Assembly: GCA_965214705.1 (NCBI GenBank)
Contig: OZ243972.1
Span: 160,001 to 224,000, forward strand
Source: Alphaproteobacteria bacterium
Lineage (GTDB): Bacteria; Pseudomonadota; Alphaproteobacteria; UBA828
Direction: 5' to 3'
DNA length: 64,000 nucleotides
Notes under the pieces: generated by a model
Database searches by the model: none
What the model saw: only the letters and a program-made list of their open reading frames with translations
What the model was told of the DNA's origin: nothing
Position numbers and translations under genes: made by a program
Shown: positions 51,916 through 62,579 of the stretch, in pieces
Numbering within the stretch: position 1 is the stretch's first letter
How the letters are laid out: each line of letters begins with the position of its first letter

Positions 51916-52108
51916 CTACTTGCCCTTCTTTTCCCCACGGAGCATTGCACCCGCGACCTCAATCTCACGGTCCTTGAGGTAATCCCAATCGTCTTCGTTC
52001 TTGGGCGGCGTGGTCACGAGTTCACGTGCCACGTTCTCCGGCGTGTCCAGGGATCGGCGCCGGCATCGGCTTCTCGATCAGGCGGCCTGGCGCACGCTTG
52101 TCGGTCAT
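51916..52108 (-). pseudogene. small Pro-rich hypothetical protein, frameshifted
   Basis: AGAGGA SD; MTDKRAPGRLIEKPMPAPIP, then after removing one base DTPENVARELVTTPPKNEDDWDYLKDREIEVAGAMLRGEKKGK-stop. Confidence 0.55.
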
Positions 52109-52136
52109 CACGATCCTCTTATCTCGTAGTGTCTCG

Positions 52137-52630
52137 TCACCCCCCACCGATCCTGCTGAGCAATTCGTCCCGCAGTTCGATCACGTAGACTCGCTGCACT
52201 TGCGCCGTATCGATTCCGTGCTGGTACGCGCCAGCCCGGATCGTGTTTCGCAGGGCTTCGTCCTTGTCGGATTGGGCCTGCACGTGCTCTATGCACAGAT
52301 CGTACACTTCGTGCTCTTGCTTTCCTCGCGCCCGATCTAACAGGCGCTCTGCTTCGACTATTGCCCAAGCCTTACGCCTAGTTCGCGGGAAATCTCTCTC
52401 CCGAAGTCGGTCAATTGGATCGGGCTTGCAGCGGTTGCGGTAGGCGTCGGCGACAGCCGCAAGAGAATCTCTGCGATATCCCTGCGCATCTCGGTCATGA
52501 ATTCCTTGAAAGCGGTCCGGTCAGAGTCCACACGTCCTACCCATCCGCCAAACCTGAAGGCACCCACCACTACGCCACCAATGATGCTTAGACCGCCTCC
52601 AGCCGCCACGCCGATCATCCACCCTTCCAT
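52137..52630 (-). pseudogene. membrane-anchored hypothetical protein, frameshifted
   Basis: N-terminal TM segment ...SPIQLTDFGREISRELGV, frameshift near 52370, then AWAIVEAERLLDRARG...AYQHGIDTAQVQRVYVIELRDELLSRIGGG-stop. Confidence 0.6.
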
Positions 52631-53107
52631 GGTTCTCTCGTTCTGAATGGTACCCAACACGCCAAGCGTGCCCTAGCGGCGCCGAGGCCGGCTCGCACGT
52701 CGATCGGTGGTTTAAGGTACGGTATATGGATGCTGCCAGGGTCTATCCTGGTGACATATGCAGTGCGAGCTGACCTCACATGGGCCGGATGGTCTTGCCC
52801 CAGTGAATCGGGTGGCGGAGAGCGCCGCATGCTGCGTGTGGCTGTTCCAGGAAATGAGCGAGTCTCATCGTGCGTTCTCCCATCCAGAGGTGTGCGGTAC
52901 CGCAATAATGGGGATAGTGGGGCTGCTTGTCATCCCAGATTCTCTCGGCAGCGATCACGCAACCAAGTCTACGTACCGCAGCCGCTTGCCGATCATGCCC
53001 TTCTCGTAGCCAGTCGGCGCGGTCACTTTCGTATATGATCCCCAAAGCAAGGGCTGCCCTGACCAATGGCCAGAGCGGCCTCCGCGCGATACTCTGTCGC
53101 GCCGGCG

Positions 53108-54100
53108 CTACATGAAGATCAACTCGTTCTCAATGCCCTCGTAGAGCGAGGCGACCTGCTCACCGTAACCGTTGTAGAGCAGTGTCGGGCGGCGCTCCTG
53201 CCCGTCGGGCCCGTAGAAGCGCTCGTTCGCCTGGCTCCAGCGCGGGTGCGGCACTTGGGGATTGACGTTAGCCCAGAAGCCGTACTCGTTGCCCGCGAGG
53301 TCCTCCCAGAAGGAGACCGGCCGCTCGTCCGTGAAGCTGAAGCGGACGATGCCCTTGATGTGCTTGAAGCCGTACTTCCACGGCACGGCGAGACGCAGCG
53401 GTGCGCCGTTCTGCTTCGGGATCGGCTTGCCGTAGTAGCCGGTGGCGATGAAGGCGAGCTCGTTGGTGGCCTCGGCCATGGTCAGACCCTCGATGTAGGG
53501 CCACGGATACCAGAACTGCCGCTGGCCTTCGGCCACGTCGTCATCCTCGAAGGTCTGCATGACCAGATACTTGGCGTCGCCCAGCGGCCGCGCGAAATCG
53601 ACGAGCGCCTTGAGCGGGAAGCCGCTGTAGGGCACGGCGATCGACCACGCCTCGACGCAGCGGTGGCGATACAGGCGTTCTTCCAGCGGCATCTTCGCCA
53701 GCAGATCGTCGATGCCGATGGTCATCGGCTCTTCCACCAGCCCGTCGAACTCGACCGTCCAGGGCCGGATCTTGAGCGCCTGCGCCTTCTGCCAGATCTC
53801 CTTGTAGGAGCCGAACTCGTAGTAGTTGTTGTAGGTGGTGGCGAAATCCTCCGGCGTAAGCGGCCGGTCGAGGGTATAGGCGGGGTTCTGCTCGACCGGA
53901 TAGAGGTGGGCCGAGGGGTCTTCCTGCTCCTCGTCCGCCAGCGCCGAGCCGAGGCCACCCGCGAACGGCACCGCGGCACCCGCTGCGAGCAGCGGGCCCG
54001 TGGCGAGCCCCTTGAGCAGCGTGCGCCGGTTCATGAACACCGATTCTGGAGTTGCGGCGGAGTCCGGCAGCTCCCAGCCGCGCTTGATCTTGATCAACAT
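53108..54100 (-). CDS. msrP: protein-methionine-sulfoxide reductase catalytic subunit MsrP
   Basis: ATPE.VF.NRR.LL Tat signal; YNNYYEFG, YRHRCVEAWS, WPYIEGL, QNGAPLRL.VPWKYGFK and NVNP.VPHPRWSQ. Confidence 0.93.
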   Translation of the reverse strand: MLIKIKRGWELPDSAATPESVFMNRRTLLKGLATGPLLAAGAAVPFAGGLGSALADEEQEDPSAHLYPVEQNPAYTLDRPLTPEDFATTYNNYYEFGSYKEIWQKAQALKIRPWTVEFDGLVEEPMTIGIDDLLAKMPLEERLYRHRCVEAWSIAVPYSGFPLKALVDFARPLGDAKYLVMQTFEDDDVAEGQRQFWYPWPYIEGLTMAEATNELAFIATGYYGKPIPKQNGAPLRLAVPWKYGFKHIKGIVRFSFTDERPVSFWEDLAGNEYGFWANVNPQVPHPRWSQANERFYGPDGQERRPTLLYNGYGEQVASLYEGIENELIFM

Positions 54101-54227
54101 CGAAGGCCCTCCGCGAATGCCAGTTGCGTTCTGCCCTGCGCCCGCGCGCTGGGCTCTTGCAGAGAGAAATGGCACCGGCGTCCGCTCACGGCAACTCAAC
54201 GCTGCGTGAGCGGCGCTCAGGGCGAAG

Positions 54228-55481
<1,254 letters not shown>

Positions 55482-55555
55482 CTACAAGCGGTGGGGCGCC
55501 GGCACAACGTGCTAAGCTTGTCGTCCAGGCCAGACGCAGGAAGGCGCGCCCCGCC

Positions 55556-57418
55556 ATGGACGACTCATCGCTTGCCGCATCCGCCGCTGTACCCGCCGCC
55601 ACCGCTGCGGCCGAGACCGAGGAGCGCCTGAGCGCCCTCAACCTCGCGGTCATGGCCAATCGCATGGATGCGATCTGCCGCGAGATGACCAACACCGTGC
55701 TGCACAGCGCGCGCTCGGCCGTCATCGGCATCGCGCGGGATTTTTCGTGCGGCATCATCACCTCGGACCACGAGGTGCTCGCCACAGCCGAGGCCATGCC
55801 GATCCACGTCTTCGGCATGAACATTCAGACCACCATCATGAGCGAGAGGCACCCGGATTTCCGCGAGGGCGACGCCTTCCTCGACAACGACCCCTACGGC
55901 GGCAACAGCCACGCGGCCGACCACACGATCCTGGTGCCGGTGTTCCACGAGGGCGAGCACTTCTTCACGGTCGGCATCAAGGCCCACCAGGCGGACGTGG
56001 GCAACAGCCAGCCGACCACCTACTTCGCCGCGGCCACCGACGTCTATCACGAGGGCGCACTGATCTTCCCCTGCGTCCAGGTGCAGAGCGACTATCGCGA
56101 TATCGACGACATCATCCGCATGTGCCGGCGCCGCATCCGGGTGCCGGACCAGTGGTTCGGCGACTATCTCGCCGCCATCGGGGCGGCGCGGATCGGCGAG
56201 CGGCGGCTGAAGGAGTTCATCGAGAAGTACGGCACCCAGGCGGTCAGGGCCTTCATCGGCGAATGGCTCGACTATTCCGAGCGGCGGGCGCGCGAGTCGA
56301 TCCGGGCGCTGCCCAGCGGGCGGCTTGAGAACGAGGGCTGCCACGACCCGATCCAGCCGTTCCTGCCCGACGGCATCCCGATCAAGGTGACCATCGATAT
56401 CGACGGCGAGGCCGGCTTCATCACGGTCGATCTGCGCGACAACCCCGATTGCGTGGACGCGGGCATGAACCTCACCCGCGTCACCTCGACCATGGCGGCG
56501 GCCCAGGCGGTCTTCGCCTGCCTGGACTCCGACATCCCGCACAACGCGGGCAGCTTCCGCCGGCTCGAGGTGCTGCTGAGGGAGAACTGCGTGGTCGGCA
56601 TTCCGCGCTTCCCGCACAGCTGCTCGGTCGCCACCACCAACATGACCGACATGATCATCAACCTGATCCAGTCGGCCTTCGCCAAACTCGGCGATGGCTA
56701 CGGCTTCAGCCAGGGCAACTTCTGCAACGGCGCGGGCACCGGAGTCTGCTCGGGCAAGGACTGGCGGCGGGACGGCGCGCCCTACGTCAACCAGATGTTC
56801 ATGTCGGCCGGCGGCATGGCGGCCTCGGCCGAGACCGACGGCATGCACGGCCTGGTCAACCCGGTGAGCGTCGGCCTCGTCTACCGCGACAGCATCGAGG
56901 TGAACGAGCAGCGCTTTCCGTTCCAGGTCGACAGCGTGCGCGCGCTGAAGGACTCATGCGGCGCCGGCCGCCGGCGCGGCGGGCCTGCGTCGGAGGTGAT
57001 CTTCGGCCCGCGCCACGACCCCATGCTGGTCATCAACATCTGCAACGGCCTTACCATCCTGCCGCAGGGTGTGCTCGGCGGCCTGCCTTCGCAGGCGGGC
57101 TATCAGGCGAAGATCGCGGCGGACGGCACGCGCGAGGTCTACGAGACCGACGCCTATTGCCACCTGGAGGCGGGCTCCAAGCTGCACGCCATCGACAACG
57201 GCGGCGGCGGCTACGGCGACCCGCTGGAGCGCGAGCCCGAGCGGGTGCTGAGTGACGTGAACGAGCGCTATGTCTCGCGGGCCAAGGCGGAGGCGCTCTA
57301 CGGCGTGGTGATCGTGGGCTCGGAGGAGAACGACGACCTCGCCGTCGATGTCGCGGCGACCGAAGCGCTCCGCCGGGAGCGGCTCAACGGAGGCGAGCAA
57401 AGGGCGGAGGTATCTTAG
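55556..57418 (+). CDS. hydantoinase B/oxoprolinase family protein
   Basis: ARDFSC, NDPY.GNSHAAD, HQADVG, EG...P, G.GRRRGG and GGGGYGDPLER. Confidence 0.9.
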   Translation: MDDSSLAASAAVPAATAAAETEERLSALNLAVMANRMDAICREMTNTVLHSARSAVIGIARDFSCGIITSDHEVLATAEAMPIHVFGMNIQTTIMSERHPDFREGDAFLDNDPYGGNSHAADHTILVPVFHEGEHFFTVGIKAHQADVGNSQPTTYFAAATDVYHEGALIFPCVQVQSDYRDIDDIIRMCRRRIRVPDQWFGDYLAAIGAARIGERRLKEFIEKYGTQAVRAFIGEWLDYSERRARESIRALPSGRLENEGCHDPIQPFLPDGIPIKVTIDIDGEAGFITVDLRDNPDCVDAGMNLTRVTSTMAAAQAVFACLDSDIPHNAGSFRRLEVLLRENCVVGIPRFPHSCSVATTNMTDMIINLIQSAFAKLGDGYGFSQGNFCNGAGTGVCSGKDWRRDGAPYVNQMFMSAGGMAASAETDGMHGLVNPVSVGLVYRDSIEVNEQRFPFQVDSVRALKDSCGAGRRRGGPASEVIFGPRHDPMLVINICNGLTILPQGVLGGLPSQAGYQAKIAADGTREVYETDAYCHLEAGSKLHAIDNGGGGYGDPLEREPERVLSDVNERYVSRAKAEALYGVVIVGSEENDDLAVDVAATEALRRERLNGGEQRAEVS

Positions 57419-58641
57419 GCGGCAAGTGCCCGGTGGCGCTGCGCCAGGAAGACCACGATCGCGGCGTTCATCACGTTGAAGGCGACCGCGTTGATGAATG
57501 ACGCGGTGTAGGAGCCCGTCAGGTCGTACAGCGCACCGGCCATCCAGCCACCGAGCGCCATCCCTGCAAACGTGAAGAGCATCGCCCAGCCGACCCGGCG
57601 GCCCGCTTCGTGCGCGGGAAAGAACGTCCTGATGATGATGGTGTAGGACGGCACGATCCCGCCCTGGGAGAGGCCGAAGACGGCCGAGACCACGTAGAGC
57701 AGGGTGAGCGTGTCGGCACCGAGGAAGGCCATCAGCGTGACGGCCTGCAGGACCGAGCCGAGCAGCAGCGTGCGCAGCCCGCCGATCCGGTCCGAGATGA
57801 AGCCGGAGCCGATCCGGCTCACGATGCCGGTGCCGAGCATGAGTGAGAGCATCGCGGCACCGTGCTGGGCGGCGTATCCCAGATCGGTGACGTGAGCGAC
57901 GATGTGCACCTGCGGCGCCGCCATCGCGATGCAGCAGCCGAGCCCAGCCGCGCAAATCAGGCATTGAAGCGTGCCGGGAGCGACGCCCAGCGGTCTGCCT
58001 GCGCCGGGCGCCATGCGCGCCGCCTGCGCCTCGATCAGCGCGGCGGGCTTGCGGTAGAGCAAAGCGATCAGCGGCAGCATGACGCACGCCATGAGAATGG
58101 CGATCGCGACGAAGGTCTCGCGCCAGCCCCGCGCGTCGAGCGAGGCCTGGACGATCGGCGGCCAGAGCGCGCCGGCCAAGTAGGTTCCGGTAATCACGAT
58201 CGCGACGGCGAGCCCCCGCCGCCGGGTGAACCAGTGGGAGATGTCGGCAGCCATCGGGGCGAAGAGGGCAGAGGTGCCGAGCAGGCCGGACAACACCCCG
58301 AGCGATACGCAGAACTGCCAGAACTCCTCGGCGAAGGCAGCGCCGGCCATACCGGCAGGCAGGCCCACGCACCCGATCAGGGCCGGCATCATCACGCCGA
58401 AGCGGTCGGCAAGCCGGCCCATCACCACGCCGCCGACCCCGCCCGTCACCATGAACATCATGTAGGGGAGCGAAGCGACGCCGCGCCCCACATCGAACTC
58501 GAAGGAGACCGGCTTGAGCACGACGATAACCGCGTACATGGCGGCGCCGCCCATGGTCACGAGGACCAGCGAGGTGACCAGGCGAACCAGCGGGTAGATG
58601 GAGGGCGCCGCGCCCGGCGTCGTGTGGTCGGTCTCGCTCAT
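57415..58641 (-). CDS. MFS transporter (OFA/MCT-like)
   Basis: GRLADRFG and GFISDRIGG motif A; WFTRRRGLA; about 12 TM segments. Confidence 0.9.
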   Translation of the reverse strand: MSETDHTTPGAAPSIYPLVRLVTSLVLVTMGGAAMYAVIVVLKPVSFEFDVGRGVASLPYMMFMVTGGVGGVVMGRLADRFGVMMPALIGCVGLPAGMAGAAFAEEFWQFCVSLGVLSGLLGTSALFAPMAADISHWFTRRRGLAVAIVITGTYLAGALWPPIVQASLDARGWRETFVAIAILMACVMLPLIALLYRKPAALIEAQAARMAPGAGRPLGVAPGTLQCLICAAGLGCCIAMAAPQVHIVAHVTDLGYAAQHGAAMLSLMLGTGIVSRIGSGFISDRIGGLRTLLLGSVLQAVTLMAFLGADTLTLLYVVSAVFGLSQGGIVPSYTIIIRTFFPAHEAGRRVGWAMLFTFAGMALGGWMAGALYDLTGSYTASFINAVAFNVMNAAIVVFLAQRHRALAA

Positions 58642-58763
58642 GTATCGTCCACGTGGCGGCCGCCCACGCGCAGGGTGGCGTCGGCCGCGCACGCTACCAC
58701 GCGCCCGGCAGCCGGGCGAGGCGGCCCGGCGAGCGCAGCGGCCAAGGGGAGAGTCGACAGGCG

Positions 58764-59972
58764 ATGTTCCTGAAAGCACTGCGAGACCGCAACCGGGCGT
58801 TTCTCGAAGCGGCCGTCACGCTGCACCAGGCGGGCTGGGTGCCGGCCGGCGCCTACCTGCTCGACCTCGATACGATGACCGAGAACGCGCGCCTGATGAG
58901 CGCCGAGGCAGCCCGGCTCGGCCTCGACGTGCTGGCGATGACCAAGCAGATCGGCCGCAATCCGCCGGCGCTCGATGCACTCAAGGCGGGCGGGATCGAC
59001 CGCTTCGTCGCGGTCGACATGGCCTGCGCGCGGCCGATCCACGCGAACGGCCACGGGCTCGCTCACATCGGCCATCTCGGCCAGATCCCGCGCCACGAGG
59101 TGGCGGAGGCTGCGGCCATGCGCGCCGACTACTGGACCGTCTTCAACGAGGAGAAGGCGGCCGAGGCCGCGCAGGCGGCGGACGCGCAGGGCCACGAACA
59201 GGCGCTGATCGCGCGCATCCAGGCGCCCGGCGATACCTTCTATTCCGGCCACGAAGGCGGCTTCGACGCTGATGCGGTCGAGGCCGTGGCGGATACGCTC
59301 GACCGCACGCCGGGCGGGCGCTTCGCCGGGCTCACCACCTTCCCCGCTTTGCTTTTCGACGAAGCCTCGGGCGAGGCGAGGCCGACCCCCAACCTCGCGA
59401 CCCTGCACGCGGCTGCGTCACGGCTCAGCAAGCGGGGCCGGCGCGACATCGTCATCAACGCGCCGGGCACCACGTCGGCCAGGGTGATGGCTGCGCTCGC
59501 CGACGGCGGCGCGACCCAGGTGGAGCCCGGCCACGGGCTCACCGGCACGACGCCGCTCCACGCCCGCACCGAGCTGCCGGAGCGCCCGGCAATGCTCTAC
59601 CTGACCGAGGTCTCCCACTTCCACCAGGGCCGCGCCTATTGCTTCGGCGGCGGCCTCTACATCGACCCGGTGTTCGCGCCCTACCCGCTCAAGGCGCTGG
59701 TGGGCCCGGACCCGGTGGCGGCGCTCGCGCAGGAGGTCGACGCCGCCACCCCGGACCCGGCGATGATCGACTACTACGGCCAACTCCTGCCGGAGCCCCA
59801 CCACCGCGTCACGGTGGGCGATACGGTGATATTCGGATTCCGCGCGCAGGCCTTCTTCACCCGCGCCGTTATCGTGCCGATTGCGGGCGTGGCCAGCGGC
59901 CGGCCCGAGCCAAAGGGGGTCTGGACCACCGACGGCCGCCCCGCCTCTTGGTCAGAAACGGACGCGGACTAA
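58764..59972 (+). CDS. YhfX-like PLP-dependent protein (alanine racemase barrel)
   Basis: MFL..L..RN, MTKQIGRNP (PLP Lys), GHLGQIP, FY.GHEGGF, EPGHGLTGTTP and GGGLY. Confidence 0.82.
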   Translation: MFLKALRDRNRAFLEAAVTLHQAGWVPAGAYLLDLDTMTENARLMSAEAARLGLDVLAMTKQIGRNPPALDALKAGGIDRFVAVDMACARPIHANGHGLAHIGHLGQIPRHEVAEAAAMRADYWTVFNEEKAAEAAQAADAQGHEQALIARIQAPGDTFYSGHEGGFDADAVEAVADTLDRTPGGRFAGLTTFPALLFDEASGEARPTPNLATLHAAASRLSKRGRRDIVINAPGTTSARVMAALADGGATQVEPGHGLTGTTPLHARTELPERPAMLYLTEVSHFHQGRAYCFGGGLYIDPVFAPYPLKALVGPDPVAALAQEVDAATPDPAMIDYYGQLLPEPHHRVTVGDTVIFGFRAQAFFTRAVIVPIAGVASGRPEPKGVWTTDGRPASWSETDAD

Positions 59973-60003
59973 TCGCTCCGCGGGAGCGGCTGGCAGCGGC
60001 GGC

Positions 60004-60477
60004 CTACCCAGTCTGGGCTGCCCAGCCCTCGGCGTGCTCGGCCATGAACTTGCCCGTGACCTTGATGTGGGTGAACAGCCACTCGCCGTCGCGCTTCACC
60101 AGATCGTCGTCGTACTCGGCGGCGAACCAGCGAGCCTTCTTCTCGCCATCGACCATCATGGTACACCACATGATGAGCCACCACTTCGCGTTCGCCGTGT
60201 CGCCATTCACCGTGATGATCGGGTTCATCACCGGGTGGATGGCGAAAACGATGTCGTCCTTGATACCGGCGAAGAACTCCCGAATCGCCTCCTTGCCCTC
60301 GTAGACACCGAAGTCGCCGCCGTCCCAGAGGGCGTCCTCGACGAAGAGGCTCGCCAGGCCGTCCGGATCGTAGCCGTGATCGGCGTAGTAGCAGTACTGC
60401 GCCTTCATCCGCTTGATGTCCTCGATCGCGGTGAGCCGCGCGACCTGTTCCTCGAGGGTCAATTCGGCCATCGTCAT
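60004..60477 (-). CDS. NTF2/SnoaL-like protein (LinA/BaiE-like)
   Basis: IEDIKR.KA.YC..AD, F.EDA.WDGG.FG...G, H...NP.I.VNGD.A and EYDD...KRDGEW. Confidence 0.85.
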   Translation of the reverse strand: MTMAELTLEEQVARLTAIEDIKRMKAQYCYYADHGYDPDGLASLFVEDALWDGGDFGVYEGKEAIREFFAGIKDDIVFAIHPVMNPIITVNGDTANAKWWLIMWCTMMVDGEKKARWFAAEYDDDLVKRDGEWLFTHIKVTGKFMAEHAEGWAAQTG

Positions 60478-60502
60478 TCTCCCTATGCGGTGCGTCGTCG
60501 CG

Positions 60503-62446
60503 CTATTGCGCGTCCACGAGGTATTCGTCGCCCTGGCGCAGCTTTCTCTGAATCCAGTCGGCGGCGCCGGGACGGCTGGGCGAGGTCACCTGGAGCGGGC
60601 CGCGCTTGGCCGCCATCTTGGCGCGCAGTTTCTCGGTCTTGGCCCGGTCGATGGTCATCATCGCCCGGTTGATCACGACGCCGTAGACGTCTTCGGCGCA
60701 TTCGAGCGACAGCATGCCGTCGAAAACGCTTTCCAGCACGGCTTCCGGATCGCGCTCCAACGCGTCGCCGTAACCGCCGCCGCCGCTCGACGTGCCCGCC
60801 CAGATATCGTTCTCTCCGATATAGAAGCGGCCCTTGGAGGAGAAATAGGTCCGCTTGCCGGTCTCCAAATTCTCCTTGTAACTACCGCCGCCGATGCCGG
60901 GCGTGCCGTTCATCACGCCGAAGGGCGGGTTGCCCTGGCCCTCGCCGAAGAGCTCGACCTGGAAGCCGCCGTCGGTCGGGCTGACCTGGATATCCACGCC
61001 GGGGCCGCCGATGTGCTTGCCGTGCCCCATGGAATCGGCCGCGATTTCCTGGCGGTCGATGCGGTAGGGGTAGAACAGCTCGCAGAGTTCGACGCTCATG
61101 ATCTTGAGGCCGCCCATGCCGGCGGAGGTCATGATCAGCGGCCAGCCGTCGGCCGACGACGTGGCCCCGCCGGCGGGCGCGCCGTTGAACAGCATGCAGC
61201 CCCAGTCGACCGGCTTGCCGCTCCGCGTATCCGTGCCGGAGAACATCGGCAGGTTGCCGTCCTTGCCGCTGCCGCCCATGACGCGCTCTGGCACGGCGTG
61301 GGCGAGCGCCTTCCACACCGCCTCCTGCATGGTATCGCCGGGCCCCACGGTGGCGAGCGCCGTGGACGCCGGGTACTCGGCGTTGCAGACGGTGCCCTTC
61401 GGCGCGTCCGCCGTGATGTGCCTGAGGCAGCCGTCGTTGTGCGGAATGGTCGGGTCGATGGAGCACAGCACCGGGATACCCGCCGCAGCCTGCATCACGC
61501 CGTAAGACGAGTTGTTCCCACTCGGGACCTGCGGATCCGAATTCGAGAAATCGATGTGCACGTTCTCGCCCCGCACCGAGACGCGGGCGCCGACCTGGAT
61601 GTTCGTCATGCCATGACCGTCGGAATCGAGCCACGACATCCCGTCGTAGTCGCCGTCGGGAATCGCGCTAATTTCGTCAGCCATCCGCCTGTCGGAGTAA
61701 TCGAGGATCGCCTCGGCGTAGCGCTCGATCGTGTCGTTGCCGTAGTGCGCCGCAAGCTCGACGAGGCGACGCCGGCCGGTCCAGATCGAGCCGAGCTGCG
61801 CCATCAGATCGCCGTAGAGCCACTCCTGCCAGCGCACGTTGGCGAGGTACATGCGCACCACGTCCTCGCGCCGCTGGCCCTTCTCGTAGAACTTGATCGG
61901 GGGCAGCTGCAGCCCCTCTTGCCAGACATCCCTGGCGGGCGCCGGCACGCTGGTCGGAATGTACGCGCCGCAATCGAGCTGATGGCCCTTCGCCACGCTC
62001 CAGAACATGTGCTTGCCCTGGTGGAACACCGGGCAGGCGGTCACGAAATCACCGATATGCGTGTTGCCGCTATAGGCGTCGTTGCAGACGATGACATCGC
62101 CGTCGTGAATGTCGCCCTCGAAGACCCGCGCGATCTCGCCCAGCACGACGTGCAAGGAGTTCGTGTGGATCGGCAGGGCATCCTGCATGCATATCTGCCG
62201 GGCCTTGGCGTCGTAGATGGCGCAGGAGAAGTCGCGCGCGAGCGCAATGATCGAGGTCCAGGCGGTCTTCTCCATTGTCAGTGTCATCTCGTTCGCGATG
62301 GTGGAGAAACGATTGAGGATGACGGAGAAGGTGATCGAATCGACGGCGCCTGCAGCCCCGTTGCCGCGCTTTCTCGCGGCCGTCCTGGGCTTGTTCTGGT
62401 CCTTGATCTGCCGCACGGCGCGGCGCGCTGTGGAGGTCGAAGCCAT
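60503..62446 (-). CDS. hydantoinase B/oxoprolinase family protein
   Basis: ARDFSCAI, NDAYSGNTHIGD, HQLDCG, QEGLQLPP and GGGGYGDALER. Confidence 0.9.
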   Translation of the reverse strand: MASTSTARRAVRQIKDQNKPRTAARKRGNGAAGAVDSITFSVILNRFSTIANEMTLTMEKTAWTSIIALARDFSCAIYDAKARQICMQDALPIHTNSLHVVLGEIARVFEGDIHDGDVIVCNDAYSGNTHIGDFVTACPVFHQGKHMFWSVAKGHQLDCGAYIPTSVPAPARDVWQEGLQLPPIKFYEKGQRREDVVRMYLANVRWQEWLYGDLMAQLGSIWTGRRRLVELAAHYGNDTIERYAEAILDYSDRRMADEISAIPDGDYDGMSWLDSDGHGMTNIQVGARVSVRGENVHIDFSNSDPQVPSGNNSSYGVMQAAAGIPVLCSIDPTIPHNDGCLRHITADAPKGTVCNAEYPASTALATVGPGDTMQEAVWKALAHAVPERVMGGSGKDGNLPMFSGTDTRSGKPVDWGCMLFNGAPAGGATSSADGWPLIMTSAGMGGLKIMSVELCELFYPYRIDRQEIAADSMGHGKHIGGPGVDIQVSPTDGGFQVELFGEGQGNPPFGVMNGTPGIGGGSYKENLETGKRTYFSSKGRFYIGENDIWAGTSSGGGGYGDALERDPEAVLESVFDGMLSLECAEDVYGVVINRAMMTIDRAKTEKLRAKMAAKRGPLQVTSPSRPGAADWIQRKLRQGDEYLVDAQ

Positions 62447-62579
62447 GTCTCACCCTGTCTGCGTGTGTTGTCTGCGCGCGTTTGTACTCACTGCGGCGCG
62501 GAAGGAACCGCCCGCCTGCCGCGCCCGCAGCTTGCCGTCGGCGGGTGCGGCGGTGCAAGGGGTCTTCTGCACCGGGGGC

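Larger units (their letters stand above)
51870..53043 (-). mobile_element. decayed non-autonomous IS1595-like element with passenger genes
   Basis: Imperfect 24-bp inverted repeats GAGGACTATATTCGATAGTGACCG / GGGGATCATATACGAAAGTGACCG (19 of 24); lower GC; possible zinc-ribbon remnant ERIWDDKQPHYPHYCGT. Confidence 0.55.
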
